From the IMG/VR virus record IMGVR_UViG_2541047679_000008: a stretch of DNA of 8,600 nt; one strand, 5' to 3'. This stretch comes from a virus (Duplodnaviria > Heunggongvirae > Uroviricota > Caudoviricetes). Below, in pieces: positions 1 through 7,928 of this stretch. A program made the position numbers and the translations under genes. The first letter of the stretch is position 1; each line of letters opens with the position of its first letter. The notes under the pieces were generated by a model that saw nothing but the letters and a program-made list of their open reading frames with translations, did not search any database and was not told the DNA's origin.

Positions 1-97
1 AAAATAATCTCGGTGTGAGATGCTTTACGTCTTCCAAGCCCCCTTCCTTGCCGTAAATGGAAAGATACATCTAATTATAGAATTTATATGTTTTACC

Positions 98-673
98 CTA
101 CGGCAGTGCTGGCCATTCAATATCCTGTGCAGTTGACGTATCAACACGGTTCAGCAACACCCGATACTTTTTCCAGGCTTCCAGCAATGAGGTTTCTTCC
201 TCCGTTGCGATTTCCAGATCTACAGCATCCTGAAGTGGCGCAATATGCTCACTGGCTACCTGCATCAGGCTGTTTTTTGTTTCTTCCGCCTCTCGGATCC
301 GGAACAGTTTTTCTGCTTCTGCATCTTTCACCCAGGCTGTGCCGTTCCACTTCTGAAACTCCCCTTCCGGCGATAACCAGGTAACATTTTCCGGTAACGG
401 ACCGAGTTCAGAAATAAATAACGCGTCCCCTGACGCTACGTCATAAACCGTTTTACCCCGATGGTCTTCAACGAGATGCCACGATGCCTTATCACTGTTG
501 AAAACAGCCACAAAGCCAGCAGGAATATCTGGTGGTGCAATATCGGTACTGTTTGCTGGCAGACCTGTATGAGGCGGAATATATGCGTCACCTTCACCAA
601 TAAATTCATTAGTTCCGGCCAGCAGATTATAAATTTTTATGGTCCGTGGTTGTTCACTCATTCTGAATGCCAT
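98..673 (-). CDS. tfa: Tail fibre assembly protein Tfa (lambda Tfa-like chaperone), 191 aa
   Basis: Translated ORF ([61 protein letters not shown]...) matches my memory of lambda Tfa almost residue for residue along its length. The ATG at 673-671 overlaps the stf stop codon (TAATG). A GAGG Shine-Dalgarno (plus-strand CCTC at 682-685) lies 8 nt upstream. Confidence 0.93.
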   Translation of the reverse strand: MAFRMSEQPRTIKIYNLLAGTNEFIGEGDAYIPPHTGLPANSTDIAPPDIPAGFVAVFNSDKASWHLVEDHRGKTVYDVASGDALFISELGPLPENVTWLSPEGEFQKWNGTAWVKDAEAEKLFRIREAEETKNSLMQVASEHIAPLQDAVDLEIATEEETSLLEAWKKYRVLLNRVDTSTAQDIEWPALP

Positions 674-3636
674 TATGCAAGCCTCACAATATAGTTAAAT
701 GCGATGTTTTTGACGGTGTTTTCCGCGTTACCAGCAGCGTTAACGGTGATGGTGTGTCCATGTGAACCAATCGCAACGGAGTGCGTATGAGCACCAATAC
801 CGACAGTATGCGCGTGTGCACCTGCAGATGCTGCTGTGCCGGACAGTGAATGGCTATGATTACCATCTGTACTGGTATTCGCTAACCACCCCGTAGACAT
901 ACCTACTGAGCCTTGTACACCCCAGGTATTTTGACCTGAGCTTGTATAACCATATTGATAAGTATCTTTAAAAACACTGGGGTTAAATCGACGGCCATCT
1001 CTATGGCTGTGATTACCAGCTGCATTCGTGCTGCCACTTAAACTATGGGTATGCGCACCAGTGTTATTCGTGGATTTAGTGCCGTAATCAAACGACGATG
1101 TGGTTTTCGTCCCCAAATCCGTACTGGATGCGCTGGCGCTGTGGGTATGCGATTTAATGCCGTCCTGTTCCTGAGACAATACGGCCCGACCACTGGCAGG
1201 TTTGCCCTTAATCGTCCAGCCACGCATATCAGGGATCACGCCTGACGGATAAGCGGCTGCAAGTTTCGGGTATGCAGATTTGTCAAAAGTCTGCCCCTGC
1301 ATCAGGGCATAGCCAGACGGAACGGTATCTGATGGCCACGGGATTGGTGCGCCAGGCGGATAAAACTGCTCTGATGGCGTATAGAGTGAATAAACTGTAC
1401 CGTCCGTTAACCCTTCCGGCTTATTAGCAGAATATGCTGGTGACGTATGAATCGTCACGCTGGCATTACTGGTATAATCCCATTGAATATTTACACCAGT
1501 CGCATAATTTCCGATTGCAACGTAAATATCGTAAGTATCACCAGATGTATTGACCCAGGCAAAATTTGTAAACCCTGTCGATGTGCGCTGCCATAAAGCA
1601 CCAGTAATCCCCTTCGGATTACCATTACCTGCACGTAAAACAAGTTCAGATATACCTGCCTGTTGAGGTGACCCCACGTTAAATCCAGCGCCACCAATCA
1701 ACGTAATTGAAACAACAGAACTCGCCTGTGGCATGGTTACCGTTGCTAATTTGAACCAACCAGCACCACCGCTGAATGACATTGTTGTTGAGTTAAGCGT
1801 ACCAATATCTTTCGGCGTCAGTGTTATATCCGCTGAAAGCGCCTTACCATTCACCTTACGGGCAGAAGGTACCCGACCATTCGCATTGTCATTAGCTGCT
1901 TTCACTGCTTTCGGTGTCGCAGCAAGCGTTTCAGATGTGCTGTTGGTTGCACTACTGAGCTGGACAATTCCTTTTTGTGCTGTCGTAGCGTCCTGTGCGG
2001 TGTATTTCCCGTTAGCCAGGTCATACGCGGCCTTAACGGCTTTTGGCGTTGCCGCCTGTGACTCGGAAGTGCTGTTAGTCGCACTGCTGAGCTGAACTAT
2101 CCCTTTCTGTGCTGTCGTTGCATCCTGTGCGGTGTATTTCCCGTTAGCCAGGTCATACGCGGCCTTAACGGCTTTTGGCGTTGCCGCCTGTGACTCGGAA
2201 GTGCTGTTGGTCGCACTGCTGAGCTGTACTATCCCCTTTTTCGTCGTGCTCGCATCCTCAAGCGCCACGGCGGATGCAATATCCTCTGCCCGTTTTGCCG
2301 CTGTCTCGGCGCGCGTTGCCGCGGATTCCGCCGTACTTTTGCTCTGTGCTGCCGCCGTCGCACTGCCAGCTGCCTCTGTCGCCTTCGTGGATGCTGTCGT
2401 GGCGCTGCCCTTCGCTGCGGACGCTTGTCTGGTCGCCTCATCTTTTGAAGCAGACGCAGATGATGCCGATGACGCCGCCGAACTGGCGGACGATGCGGCA
2501 GCCGTTTTTGAGGATTCTGCGCTGGTTTCCGACGCTTTCGCGTTCGTCTCGGATGTCTTCGCTGCGGAAGCAGACCTCGCTGCTGCGCTGGCCTGTACAG
2601 CGGCTTCGCCAGCCTTCGTTGTGGCTGTTGAAGCGGACGATGCAGCACTTTCTGCCGATTTTCCGGCGGCGGTGGCACTGGCTGAGGCCTGCCCGGCATT
2701 TGTTGACGCGGCGCTGGCAGATGAGGCAGCCGCTGTTTTTGAGTCTGCTGCTGCGGAGGCACTCTGTGCTGCTGCCGTCTCAGAAGACTTAGCGTTCGTC
2801 TCGGACGTTTTTGCCGCCTTCGCGGAATTTCCTGCCGCTGTTGCCGAGGAGGCTGCACTACTGGCGCTCGAGGCTGCGCTCGTTTCTGATGATTTTGCCG
2901 CCTCTTTTGAGGCCGCCGCATCCCGGGCTGAGGTGGCAGCTTCTGACGCCTTCGTGGTCGCGGCGGATGCAGAAGTGGCTGCTGATTGTTGTGACGCTGC
3001 CGCATTCGTTTCTGACGTTTTCGCCGCAGCGGCACTGGTAGCTGCCGCGCTTTTTGAGGACTCTGCAGCAGCAGCACTTTTCGATGCTTCACTGGCCTTT
3101 GTTGATGCCGTTCCTGCGCTGGAAGATGCTGACTGAGCCGACGACGCGGCCTGTCCGGCTGACGTGCTGGCTGCGCGTGCTGAGCCTGCAGCATCAGTCG
3201 CATGGGTTGCCGCCTCACGTGCTGATGTGCCGGCATCGCTGGCTGACTTCTTCGCGGCTGCCGTGTTCTGTGCCACCGCGGACGCGTTACGCGCCACCTC
3301 TTCCACCATCAGTTCAAAACGGCGCAGTGCCTCAGGACGGGCATCATCCTCCGTCATGGCACCGAGAAAATCATTCAGCGTACCGGGTCGGGAATCTTCA
3401 TACACGGTGATGGTCCCGGCATGTGACGGCGGGAATCCCTCCACCAACAGAATAACGCTGTACTGCCCGTACTCAACGTCCATGCTGTAACGCCCGGCTT
3501 CATCCGGATTTTCAGAAGCCACCGTGTTCACCAGTACCGTGGTGCTGTTACGCTTTGCCTTCAGTTGAATAGTGCAGTTCTGTATTGGTTTTCCCGCACC
3601 ATCTTTCAGCACACCTGAGATTTTTACTGCTGCCAT
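673..3636 (-). CDS. stf: Side tail fibre protein Stf, about 987 aa, intact and mosaic
   Basis: N-terminus [31 protein letters not shown]... and C-terminus ...[31 protein letters not shown] match lambda Stf as I recall it. The ORF track begins at a GTG at 3642; I prefer the ATG at 3636 because a GGAG (plus CTCC 3643-3646) then sits 6 nt upstream and the product begins like lambda Stf. Stop codon TAA at 675-673. Contains an Ala/Ser/Thr-rich shaft, a 3x 44-aa repeat, a central block with a [19 protein letters not shown] motif, and a C-terminal HxH-rich region. Confidence 0.9.
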   Translation of the reverse strand: MAAVKISGVLKDGAGKPIQNCTIQLKAKRNSTTVLVNTVASENPDEAGRYSMDVEYGQYSVILLVEGFPPSHAGTITVYEDSRPGTLNDFLGAMTEDDARPEALRRFELMVEEVARNASAVAQNTAAAKKSASDAGTSAREAATHATDAAGSARAASTSAGQAASSAQSASSSAGTASTKASEASKSAAAAESSKSAAATSAAAAKTSETNAAASQQSAATSASAATTKASEAATSARDAAASKEAAKSSETSAASSASSAASSATAAGNSAKAAKTSETNAKSSETAAAQSASAAADSKTAAASSASAASTNAGQASASATAAGKSAESAASSASTATTKAGEAAVQASAAARSASAAKTSETNAKASETSAESSKTAAASSASSAASSASSASASKDEATRQASAAKGSATTASTKATEAAGSATAAAQSKSTAESAATRAETAAKRAEDIASAVALEDASTTKKGIVQLSSATNSTSESQAATPKAVKAAYDLANGKYTAQDATTAQKGIVQLSSATNSTSESQAATPKAVKAAYDLANGKYTAQDATTAQKGIVQLSSATNSTSETLAATPKAVKAANDNANGRVPSARKVNGKALSADITLTPKDIGTLNSTTMSFSGGAGWFKLATVTMPQASSVVSITLIGGAGFNVGSPQQAGISELVLRAGNGNPKGITGALWQRTSTGFTNFAWVNTSGDTYDIYVAIGNYATGVNIQWDYTSNASVTIHTSPAYSANKPEGLTDGTVYSLYTPSEQFYPPGAPIPWPSDTVPSGYALMQGQTFDKSAYPKLAAAYPSGVIPDMRGWTIKGKPASGRAVLSQEQDGIKSHTHSASASSTDLGTKTTSSFDYGTKSTNNTGAHTHSLSGSTNAAGNHSHRDGRRFNPSVFKDTYQYGYTSSGQNTWGVQGSVGMSTGWLANTSTDGNHSHSLSGTAASAGAHAHTVGIGAHTHSVAIGSHGHTITVNAAGNAENTVKNIAFNYIVRLA
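676..1155 (-). other. Stf C-terminal His-box region with repeated HxH motifs (SHTHS, GAHTHS, GNHSHR, GNHSHS, GAHAHT, GAHTHS, GSHGHT)
   Basis: Seen directly in the translation of the last about 160 codons of stf. Equivalent HxH repeats in T4 gp37-type long tail fibre tips coordinate metal ions along the trimer axis. Confidence 0.7.
1360..1875 (-). other. Stf central block of about 172 aa ([45 protein letters not shown]...[12 protein letters not shown]) that I do not recall from lambda Stf; probable module swap
   Basis: Flanked on both sides by lambda-like sequence (44-aa repeat upstream, GAPIPWPSD...[24 protein letters not shown] downstream). The DNA here is visibly more AT-rich than the neighbouring Ala-rich shaft. 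The VNGKALSxDITLT motif is common in other coliphage tail fibres. Confidence 0.6.
1900..2240. repeat. 132-bp direct tandem repeat inside stf: two near-identical units at about 1971-2102 and 2103-2234, plus a diverged partial unit to about 1900
   Basis: The string gtgcggtgtatttcccgttagccaggtcatacgcggccttaacggcttttggcgttgccgcctgtgactcggaagtgctgtt occurs at 1995 and again at 2127, a period of 132 bp. It encodes three consecutive copies of [44 protein letters not shown], the third diverged to ...[23 protein letters not shown]. Confidence 0.85.
2240..3310. repeat. Low-complexity, GC-rich Ala/Ser/Thr-rich coding region (Stf shaft) with dispersed imperfect repeats encoding KTSETNA-like motifs
   Basis: The translation is dominated by A/S/T/K/E (for example [38 protein letters not shown]). 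Similar DNA segments recur around 2541-2570, 2791-2820 and 3003-3030. The region spawns long spurious ORFs in other frames on both strands. Confidence 0.7.
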
Positions 3637-3642
3637 ATCCAC

Positions 3643-3646
3643 TCCA
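3643..3646 (-). promoter_or_regulatory. Shine-Dalgarno (GGAG) for stf
   Basis: Minus-strand GGAG lies 6 nt upstream of the ATG at 3636. Confidence 0.6.
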
Positions 3647-3674
3647 CAAAAAAGCCCGCCTGAACCGGCGGGCT
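3647..3674 (-). terminator. Rho-independent terminator downstream of lom
   Basis: Perfect 7-8 bp GC-rich stem (plus gcccgcc 3654-3660 and ggcgggc 3667-3673, loop tgaacc), followed on the minus-strand transcript by UUUUUU (plus A-run 3648-3653). It lies 27 nt past the lom stop and immediately before the stf ribosome-binding site. Confidence 0.65.
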
Positions 3675-3700
3675 GTCATAACACTGTGTTACCTGGCTAA

Positions 3701-4300
3701 TCAGAACTTATAACCGACACCCACGATGAAACCGTCAGTGCGCCAGTCGCCACTGCCGGAGCCTTCATAAGCAATATCAATGGCCACGGATTCGGTCGGG
3801 TTAAACTGCACGCCAGCTCCCCACGCCAGAGACGTGTTGCTGTGGCGACCGTCATCACTTCCGGTCAGCACATCGTGCTTTTTCCCCTTGTTGTCAGTTA
3901 CGCGAAGATAATCCCCGGAGAAAGTCGACACACGGCTGTAAGCCACACCTGCCATCGCATAAGCACTGAACCATTCATTCACGCGCACAGACGGCCCCGC
4001 CATTACGCTGAACCAGCGGTTACGAACGGAATCTTCATGCCAGCGGGTATCGCTGTAACGGGTCAGCTGGCGATTCTTGTCTCCTGCATAGCTGAATGAC
4101 GTCACCAGCCCCAGTGTGTCCGTAAACTCATAACGGTATTTCACGTTAATCCCGTTCAGATTTTCGCTGCCGGGAGCGTTCGTACGGGCATGAAGATACC
4201 CTGCGCTCAGTGTGGCCTGCTGCTCAGACGCCCATGCAGGCGCACCGGATACGGCCAGACAAATGGCTGCGGACAAAATTGCTGCACAAACTTTACGCAT
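3701..4300 (-). CDS. lom: Lom-family (Ail/Lom/PagC/OmpX) outer-membrane beta-barrel protein, 199 aa, with signal peptide
   Basis: The C-terminal half (...AWGAGVQFNPTESVAIDIAYEGSGSGDWRTDGFIVGVGYKF) matches lambda Lom as I recall it; the N-terminal half differs. N-terminus MRKVCAAILSAAICLAVSGAPAWA looks like a Sec signal peptide with an AxA cleavage site. It ends in the aromatic residue (F) typical of beta-barrel outer-membrane proteins. A GAGAGG Shine-Dalgarno (plus cctctc 4306-4311) precedes the ATG at 4300. Confidence 0.92.
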   Translation of the reverse strand: MRKVCAAILSAAICLAVSGAPAWASEQQATLSAGYLHARTNAPGSENLNGINVKYRYEFTDTLGLVTSFSYAGDKNRQLTRYSDTRWHEDSVRNRWFSVMAGPSVRVNEWFSAYAMAGVAYSRVSTFSGDYLRVTDNKGKKHDVLTGSDDGRHSNTSLAWGAGVQFNPTESVAIDIAYEGSGSGDWRTDGFIVGVGYKF

Positions 4301-4324
4301 AATTACCTCTCGCTTTTCTGCAAT

Positions 4325-4348
4325 AAAAAAGGCGTCATTCCTGACGCC
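4325..4348 (-). terminator. Rho-independent terminator downstream of J and upstream of lom
   Basis: Perfect 7-bp stem (plus ggcgtca 4331-4337 and tgacgcc 4342-4348, loop ttcc), followed on the minus-strand transcript by UUUUUU (plus A-run 4325-4330). A weaker T-rich stretch on the plus side suggests it may act in both directions. Confidence 0.55.
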
Positions 4349-4370
4349 CTTTATTGGGGTTATAAATATT

Positions 4371-7300
4371 TCAACGAATACTGATGCCGGAAGCGGCTTT
4401 TTTGGTCACAATCACCGTACAGTCGGTGATATTGCCTGCCCCCTGATTGCCTTTCTGGAAAATCTTAAACTCCAGAGTGACGCTTCCCCTGCCACTCGGC
4501 ATATCAATAACTGCACTGTAACTACCGGGAATGGCCCCTTTAGTTTCTCTGGATGCGATTAATACGCCGTTTTTGCGAACTTCAAAACCATAACCCGTGT
4601 ATCTTGTACCTCCCGGGTTATTACCACTTCCCGGATCGCTATACGCTATTCCGTTAAAGATAATGGGCGGAATAATGATTTGACGGTCAAAGTTATGATC
4701 ATCGCTGATGGTGACTGTAACCGTCCCGTTTGGTGTTTCCGTATTACCCCACGTACCAGCCTGTTTCGGGAATGATTTGGATACAGCTTTAACGAAGTCA
4801 CCTCTGACCTGAGTCGCCTCCAGCATGCCCTTAATCGTACAGTTTTCATTTACCGTGACATTGTTGAGCGTCCCGGAGTTCGCATTCACGTTACCGCTGA
4901 TATCCGCATTTTTCGCCGTCAGCCGCCCGTCCGGTGTCAGGGAAAATGCCGGCGGATTTCCACCGCTGGTAATGGTGGGAGCCGTCAGGCGTTTCAGGAA
5001 CACGTCATTCATGAATATCTGATCACCCTGACCAACAAACATCGGTTTTGTGTTGCCATTTGCAGGATTAATCATCGCAATCCTGTCTGCCGCCAGCAGC
5101 ACCTGACTCTGCATGCCGTCAGGGGTGTTCTCAATACCGGCACCGATACCCGCAATATAAAGGCGTCCGTCCTGCATCTGCTGCAGCTTCACAGCCCACA
5201 TGCTGTTCAGGTTATTATTTGTATCAACCTGAACCTTCTGTATCTGCTGAATTGCCGCACTCTGGTCTTCCAGTTTCTTATTGACGGTCTGTGTTATTTC
5301 ATTGCTGACATCCGTTATGGACGTCCTGATTTCAGTCAGGTCAGGCGCAAGCTGACCGTTATCAATCTGCGTCCACAGCTCCTGAGCCAGATGGGTTTTC
5401 CCTATCTCGCCTTTGAAAAAATCCAGATAGCCTGATGCATCATCACTCGGCTGGCCAACAGCCTCCACGAATGCAGATTTGCCAACGGTGTTCACACTGC
5501 GAACGTAAAAATAATAATCATGGCCCGGTTTGATATTGATACTGGCGGCTATCCAGTACAGTGCCGTACCAAGATAACGCGCGCTGGTTTCAACCTGCCT
5601 GATATCCGCAATCCGCTTTTCTGAGAACCAGAACTCAAACTGTACCGTCGGATCATAAACGGCAAGATGCGGCGTGGCGGTTATCTGAAAATAGCCCGGC
5701 GTCAGCTCAATCCGCGATGGCGCTGCCGGTGCGGCAATCCGGAACGATACCGACGCCGGATCGCCCTGCTGCCCCCACGCATTTACTGCCCGGACTGTCA
5801 GCCTGTAGTTCCCCAGAGCCAGTTGTGTGAAGCGGTAAGTGGTTTCCGTCGTCCGGGCCGTGCTGACCAGCCGCTCACTGCCGTCATCCGCTGTTACGGT
5901 CAGGCGAAGCATGAAACTCACGCCCTTCACCACCTTCGGCGTGTCCCAGCGGGCCAGTACCTGATACTCCCCGCTGTCTGCGGTGACTTCGGCAGTCAGG
6001 TGCTGCACTGCTGGCGGCGTGACACCATTCACCGTGCCGCTCTGGTCGCCGTCAAAGTGCGCCCCGTTATCCACGATAGCTTCTTTTTCCGGTACATGCT
6101 GCACGGCGGTGATAGCATACGTGCCGTCGTCGTTCTCACGGATACTCACACAGCGGAACAGGCGCTGGCGCAGCGTCGGCAGCTTCAGCCCCCATACGCT
6201 GTATCCGGCAACGCCGTCAGGAACACGGCTCACTTTTACCTTCACGCCGTCGGTGACGGACTGGACCTCCACGCTGACCGGATTGCCACTTCCGTCAACC
6301 AGGCTTATCAGCGTGGTACCGGAGGATGGCAGCGTGATTTCACGGTCGAGCGTCAGCGTCCGGGTCTGGCTGTTCACCGCCAGCACGCGCCCGCCGGTGC
6401 TGATCCCCGCATAGTCATCATCGCAGATTTCAATGACATCGCCCGGCACATGGCGAAGCCCTTCCGCACCCACGCTGAAGTCCACGGTCTGCGTTTCCAG
6501 TAGTTCCGTTTTAATCAGCCACAGCCCGGCGCGGTGCGCCTGCCCCCGGCTGGTACAGCCAAAGGCATCCATCTTCGTGACGTTACGACCGTAACGGAGA
6601 ATGGCCTGCGTATCTTCAACAAGCTCTGTCGCCGTCTCCCAGCCGTTATTCGGGTCAATCCAGTTCACCTCAACGGCATTATGGCGGTCCTTCAGGGCGC
6701 TGAAGCTGTAGCGGAACGGCGCGCCATCATCCGGCATCACCACATTACTGCGGTTATAGGTCCACACCTTATCCGACGGTCGGTCCTGCACGAACGTCAG
6801 CGTCTGCCCGTTCCATACCGGCATACAGCGCATCGCCGAGCAGAAATCACTGAGAACATCCCACGCCTTACGCTGTGTGGTCAGGTAGGCATTACAGGTG
6901 ATGCGCGGCTCCGTGCCACCAAAGCCATCCGGCACCGACTGGTCGCAATTCTGGCCGATGACATACAGCGCCCATTTGTCCACATCCGCCGCACCGAGAC
7001 GCTTCCCCATGCCGTAGCGCGGATGGGTCAGCATATCCCACAGACACCAGGCCATGTTGTTGCTGTATGCCGGTTTAAACGTCCCGTCCCAGATACCGCT
7101 GTATTGCCGCGTCTGCGGGTTATAGTTCGATGGCACCTGCAGAATGCGCCCGCGAAGATGATAATTACGGCTCACCTGCTGGCTGCCGAACTGTTCCGAG
7201 TCCACCTGCACGCCGACCAGTGCCGTGTTCGGGTAGCACTGTTTCACATCGATGATTTCGGTGTATGACGACCAGAGCGTTTTGTTCTGCAGCTGGTCTG

Positions 7301-7868
7301 TGGTGCTGTCCGGCGTCATTCTGCGCATCCGGATATTAAACGGGCGCGGCGGCAGGTTATCCACCACCACCGAGGCCAGATACTGCGAGGTGGTTTTGCC
7401 CTTAATGGTGATGTCTTTTTCCGTCACCCAGCCACCATTACGCTGTATCTGAACCAGCAGGCGAACTTCCGACGGATTCCGGTCCCCCTTTGAGGTGGTT
7501 TCCACCAGTGCCTGCACACCGAAGGTAAAGCGCAGTCGGTCGATGTTTGCCGACGTGATGGCGCGGGTGATCGGCGTGTCGTATTTCACTTCCGTACCCA
7601 GCACCGTCTCGGAACCGGAGGATTCAAATCCCTCCGGCGGAGTCTGCTCCTGCTCACCAGCCCGGAACACTACCGTGACACCGGCGATGTTGCTATTCCC
7701 ATCACTGTCCAGCACCGGCGTACTGTTCAGCAGCACGCTTTTTAATCCATCCACCGGACCTTCAATCGGCCCTTCGCTGATGGCATCGATCACACTCAGT
7801 AACTGCGTGGATTTCAGGTTGTCCTTCGCTTCGCGCGGGGTATGCCCCTTACTGCTGCCTTTACCCAT
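4371..7868 (-). CDS. J: Tail tip / central tail fibre host specificity protein J, 1165 aa
   Basis: N-terminus [54 protein letters not shown]... matches lambda J as I recall it. Length is close to lambda J (about 1130 aa). Fibronectin-III-like segments lie at about 5480-6030 ([31 protein letters not shown]...[14 protein letters not shown]). A GGAG Shine-Dalgarno (plus ctcc 7877-7880) sits 8 nt upstream of the ATG at 7868. Confidence 0.95.
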   Translation of the reverse strand: MGKGSSKGHTPREAKDNLKSTQLLSVIDAISEGPIEGPVDGLKSVLLNSTPVLDSDGNSNIAGVTVVFRAGEQEQTPPEGFESSGSETVLGTEVKYDTPITRAITSANIDRLRFTFGVQALVETTSKGDRNPSEVRLLVQIQRNGGWVTEKDITIKGKTTSQYLASVVVDNLPPRPFNIRMRRMTPDSTTDQLQNKTLWSSYTEIIDVKQCYPNTALVGVQVDSEQFGSQQVSRNYHLRGRILQVPSNYNPQTRQYSGIWDGTFKPAYSNNMAWCLWDMLTHPRYGMGKRLGAADVDKWALYVIGQNCDQSVPDGFGGTEPRITCNAYLTTQRKAWDVLSDFCSAMRCMPVWNGQTLTFVQDRPSDKVWTYNRSNVVMPDDGAPFRYSFSALKDRHNAVEVNWIDPNNGWETATELVEDTQAILRYGRNVTKMDAFGCTSRGQAHRAGLWLIKTELLETQTVDFSVGAEGLRHVPGDVIEICDDDYAGISTGGRVLAVNSQTRTLTLDREITLPSSGTTLISLVDGSGNPVSVEVQSVTDGVKVKVSRVPDGVAGYSVWGLKLPTLRQRLFRCVSIRENDDGTYAITAVQHVPEKEAIVDNGAHFDGDQSGTVNGVTPPAVQHLTAEVTADSGEYQVLARWDTPKVVKGVSFMLRLTVTADDGSERLVSTARTTETTYRFTQLALGNYRLTVRAVNAWGQQGDPASVSFRIAAPAAPSRIELTPGYFQITATPHLAVYDPTVQFEFWFSEKRIADIRQVETSARYLGTALYWIAASINIKPGHDYYFYVRSVNTVGKSAFVEAVGQPSDDASGYLDFFKGEIGKTHLAQELWTQIDNGQLAPDLTEIRTSITDVSNEITQTVNKKLEDQSAAIQQIQKVQVDTNNNLNSMWAVKLQQMQDGRLYIAGIGAGIENTPDGMQSQVLLAADRIAMINPANGNTKPMFVGQGDQIFMNDVFLKRLTAPTITSGGNPPAFSLTPDGRLTAKNADISGNVNANSGTLNNVTVNENCTIKGMLEATQVRGDFVKAVSKSFPKQAGTWGNTETPNGTVTVTISDDHNFDRQIIIPPIIFNGIAYSDPGSGNNPGGTRYTGYGFEVRKNGVLIASRETKGAIPGSYSAVIDMPSGRGSVTLEFKIFQKGNQGAGNITDCTVIVTKKAASGISIR

Positions 7869-7888
7869 TCGTCATGCTCCATAAACGA

Positions 7889-7912
7889 CAAAACCGCCCG
7901 CAGGCGGTTTCA
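7889..7912 (-). terminator. Stable hairpin with a trailing U-rich tract in the I-J intergenic region; possible weak terminator or RNA-stabilising element
   Basis: Plus-strand aaaccgcc (7891-7898) and ggcggttt (7903-7910) form a perfect 8-bp stem with a cgca loop. On the minus-strand transcript it is followed by UUUUGUCGUUUAUGGAG, which leads straight into the J ribosome-binding site. Confidence 0.4.
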
Positions 7913-7928
7913 CATAAAACATTTTGCA

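Noticed and set aside
1-97. Possible terminator or attachment-site feature downstream of tfa
   Set aside because: I could not identify a convincing hairpin with a U-tract or any repeat in these 97 bp. There is too little sequence to call anything.
88-694. Plus-strand ORFs 88-384 and 461-694 overlapping tfa
   Set aside because: They are antisense to a Tfa ORF that matches lambda Tfa almost residue for residue.
1-1400. Invertible tail fibre segment (Gin/Cin/Pin-type host-range switch)
   Set aside because: There is no invertase gene in the window, and by eye I found no inverted crossover sites flanking the stf C-terminus and tfa. Only one tfa copy is present, in the same orientation as stf. 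I cannot exclude an invertase just beyond position 1.
1900-2240. Tandem repeats as a possible CRISPR array
   Set aside because: The period is 132 bp with no unique spacers, the units are in frame within a tail fibre gene, and they encode a recognisable protein motif. This is not CRISPR-like.
2132-3136. Plus-strand ORF of 334 aa (Ala-rich), with further plus-strand ORFs at 1733-2095, 2274-2792, 2811-3041, 3054-3410 and 3164-3490
   Set aside because: They lie entirely antisense to stf within its GC-rich, low-complexity repeat region. The products are low-complexity and carry no recognisable ribosome-binding site or homology. The lambda-like gene on the opposite strand explains the sequence.
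2229-3236. Minus-strand ORF of 335 aa, extremely Arg/Pro/Gln-rich
   Set aside because: It is an alternative reading frame of stf across the Ala-rich region (GCN-rich codons read out of frame). Its composition is implausible and it is nested inside a well-supported gene.
673-3636. Diversity-generating retroelement acting on the tail fibre
   Set aside because: There is no reverse transcriptase ORF in the window, and I found no template/variable repeat pair differing mainly at adenines. The repeats present are tandem and in frame. A BLAST for a reverse transcriptase in flanking sequence would settle it.
3640-3642. GTG at 3642 as the stf start (the ORF track start, giving MDMAAVK...)
   Set aside because: The ATG two codons downstream (3636) has a GGAG at better spacing and gives an N-terminus (MAAVKISGV) consistent with lambda Stf. 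The GTG would put the Shine-Dalgarno directly against the start codon.
5667-7268. Plus-strand ORFs of 278, 143 and 244 aa inside J (5667-6503, 5983-6414, 6534-7268), plus 7495-7884
   Set aside because: They are antisense to the J coding sequence, which matches lambda J in its N-terminus and FN3-like segments. Long antisense ORFs are expected in GC-rich phage structural genes.
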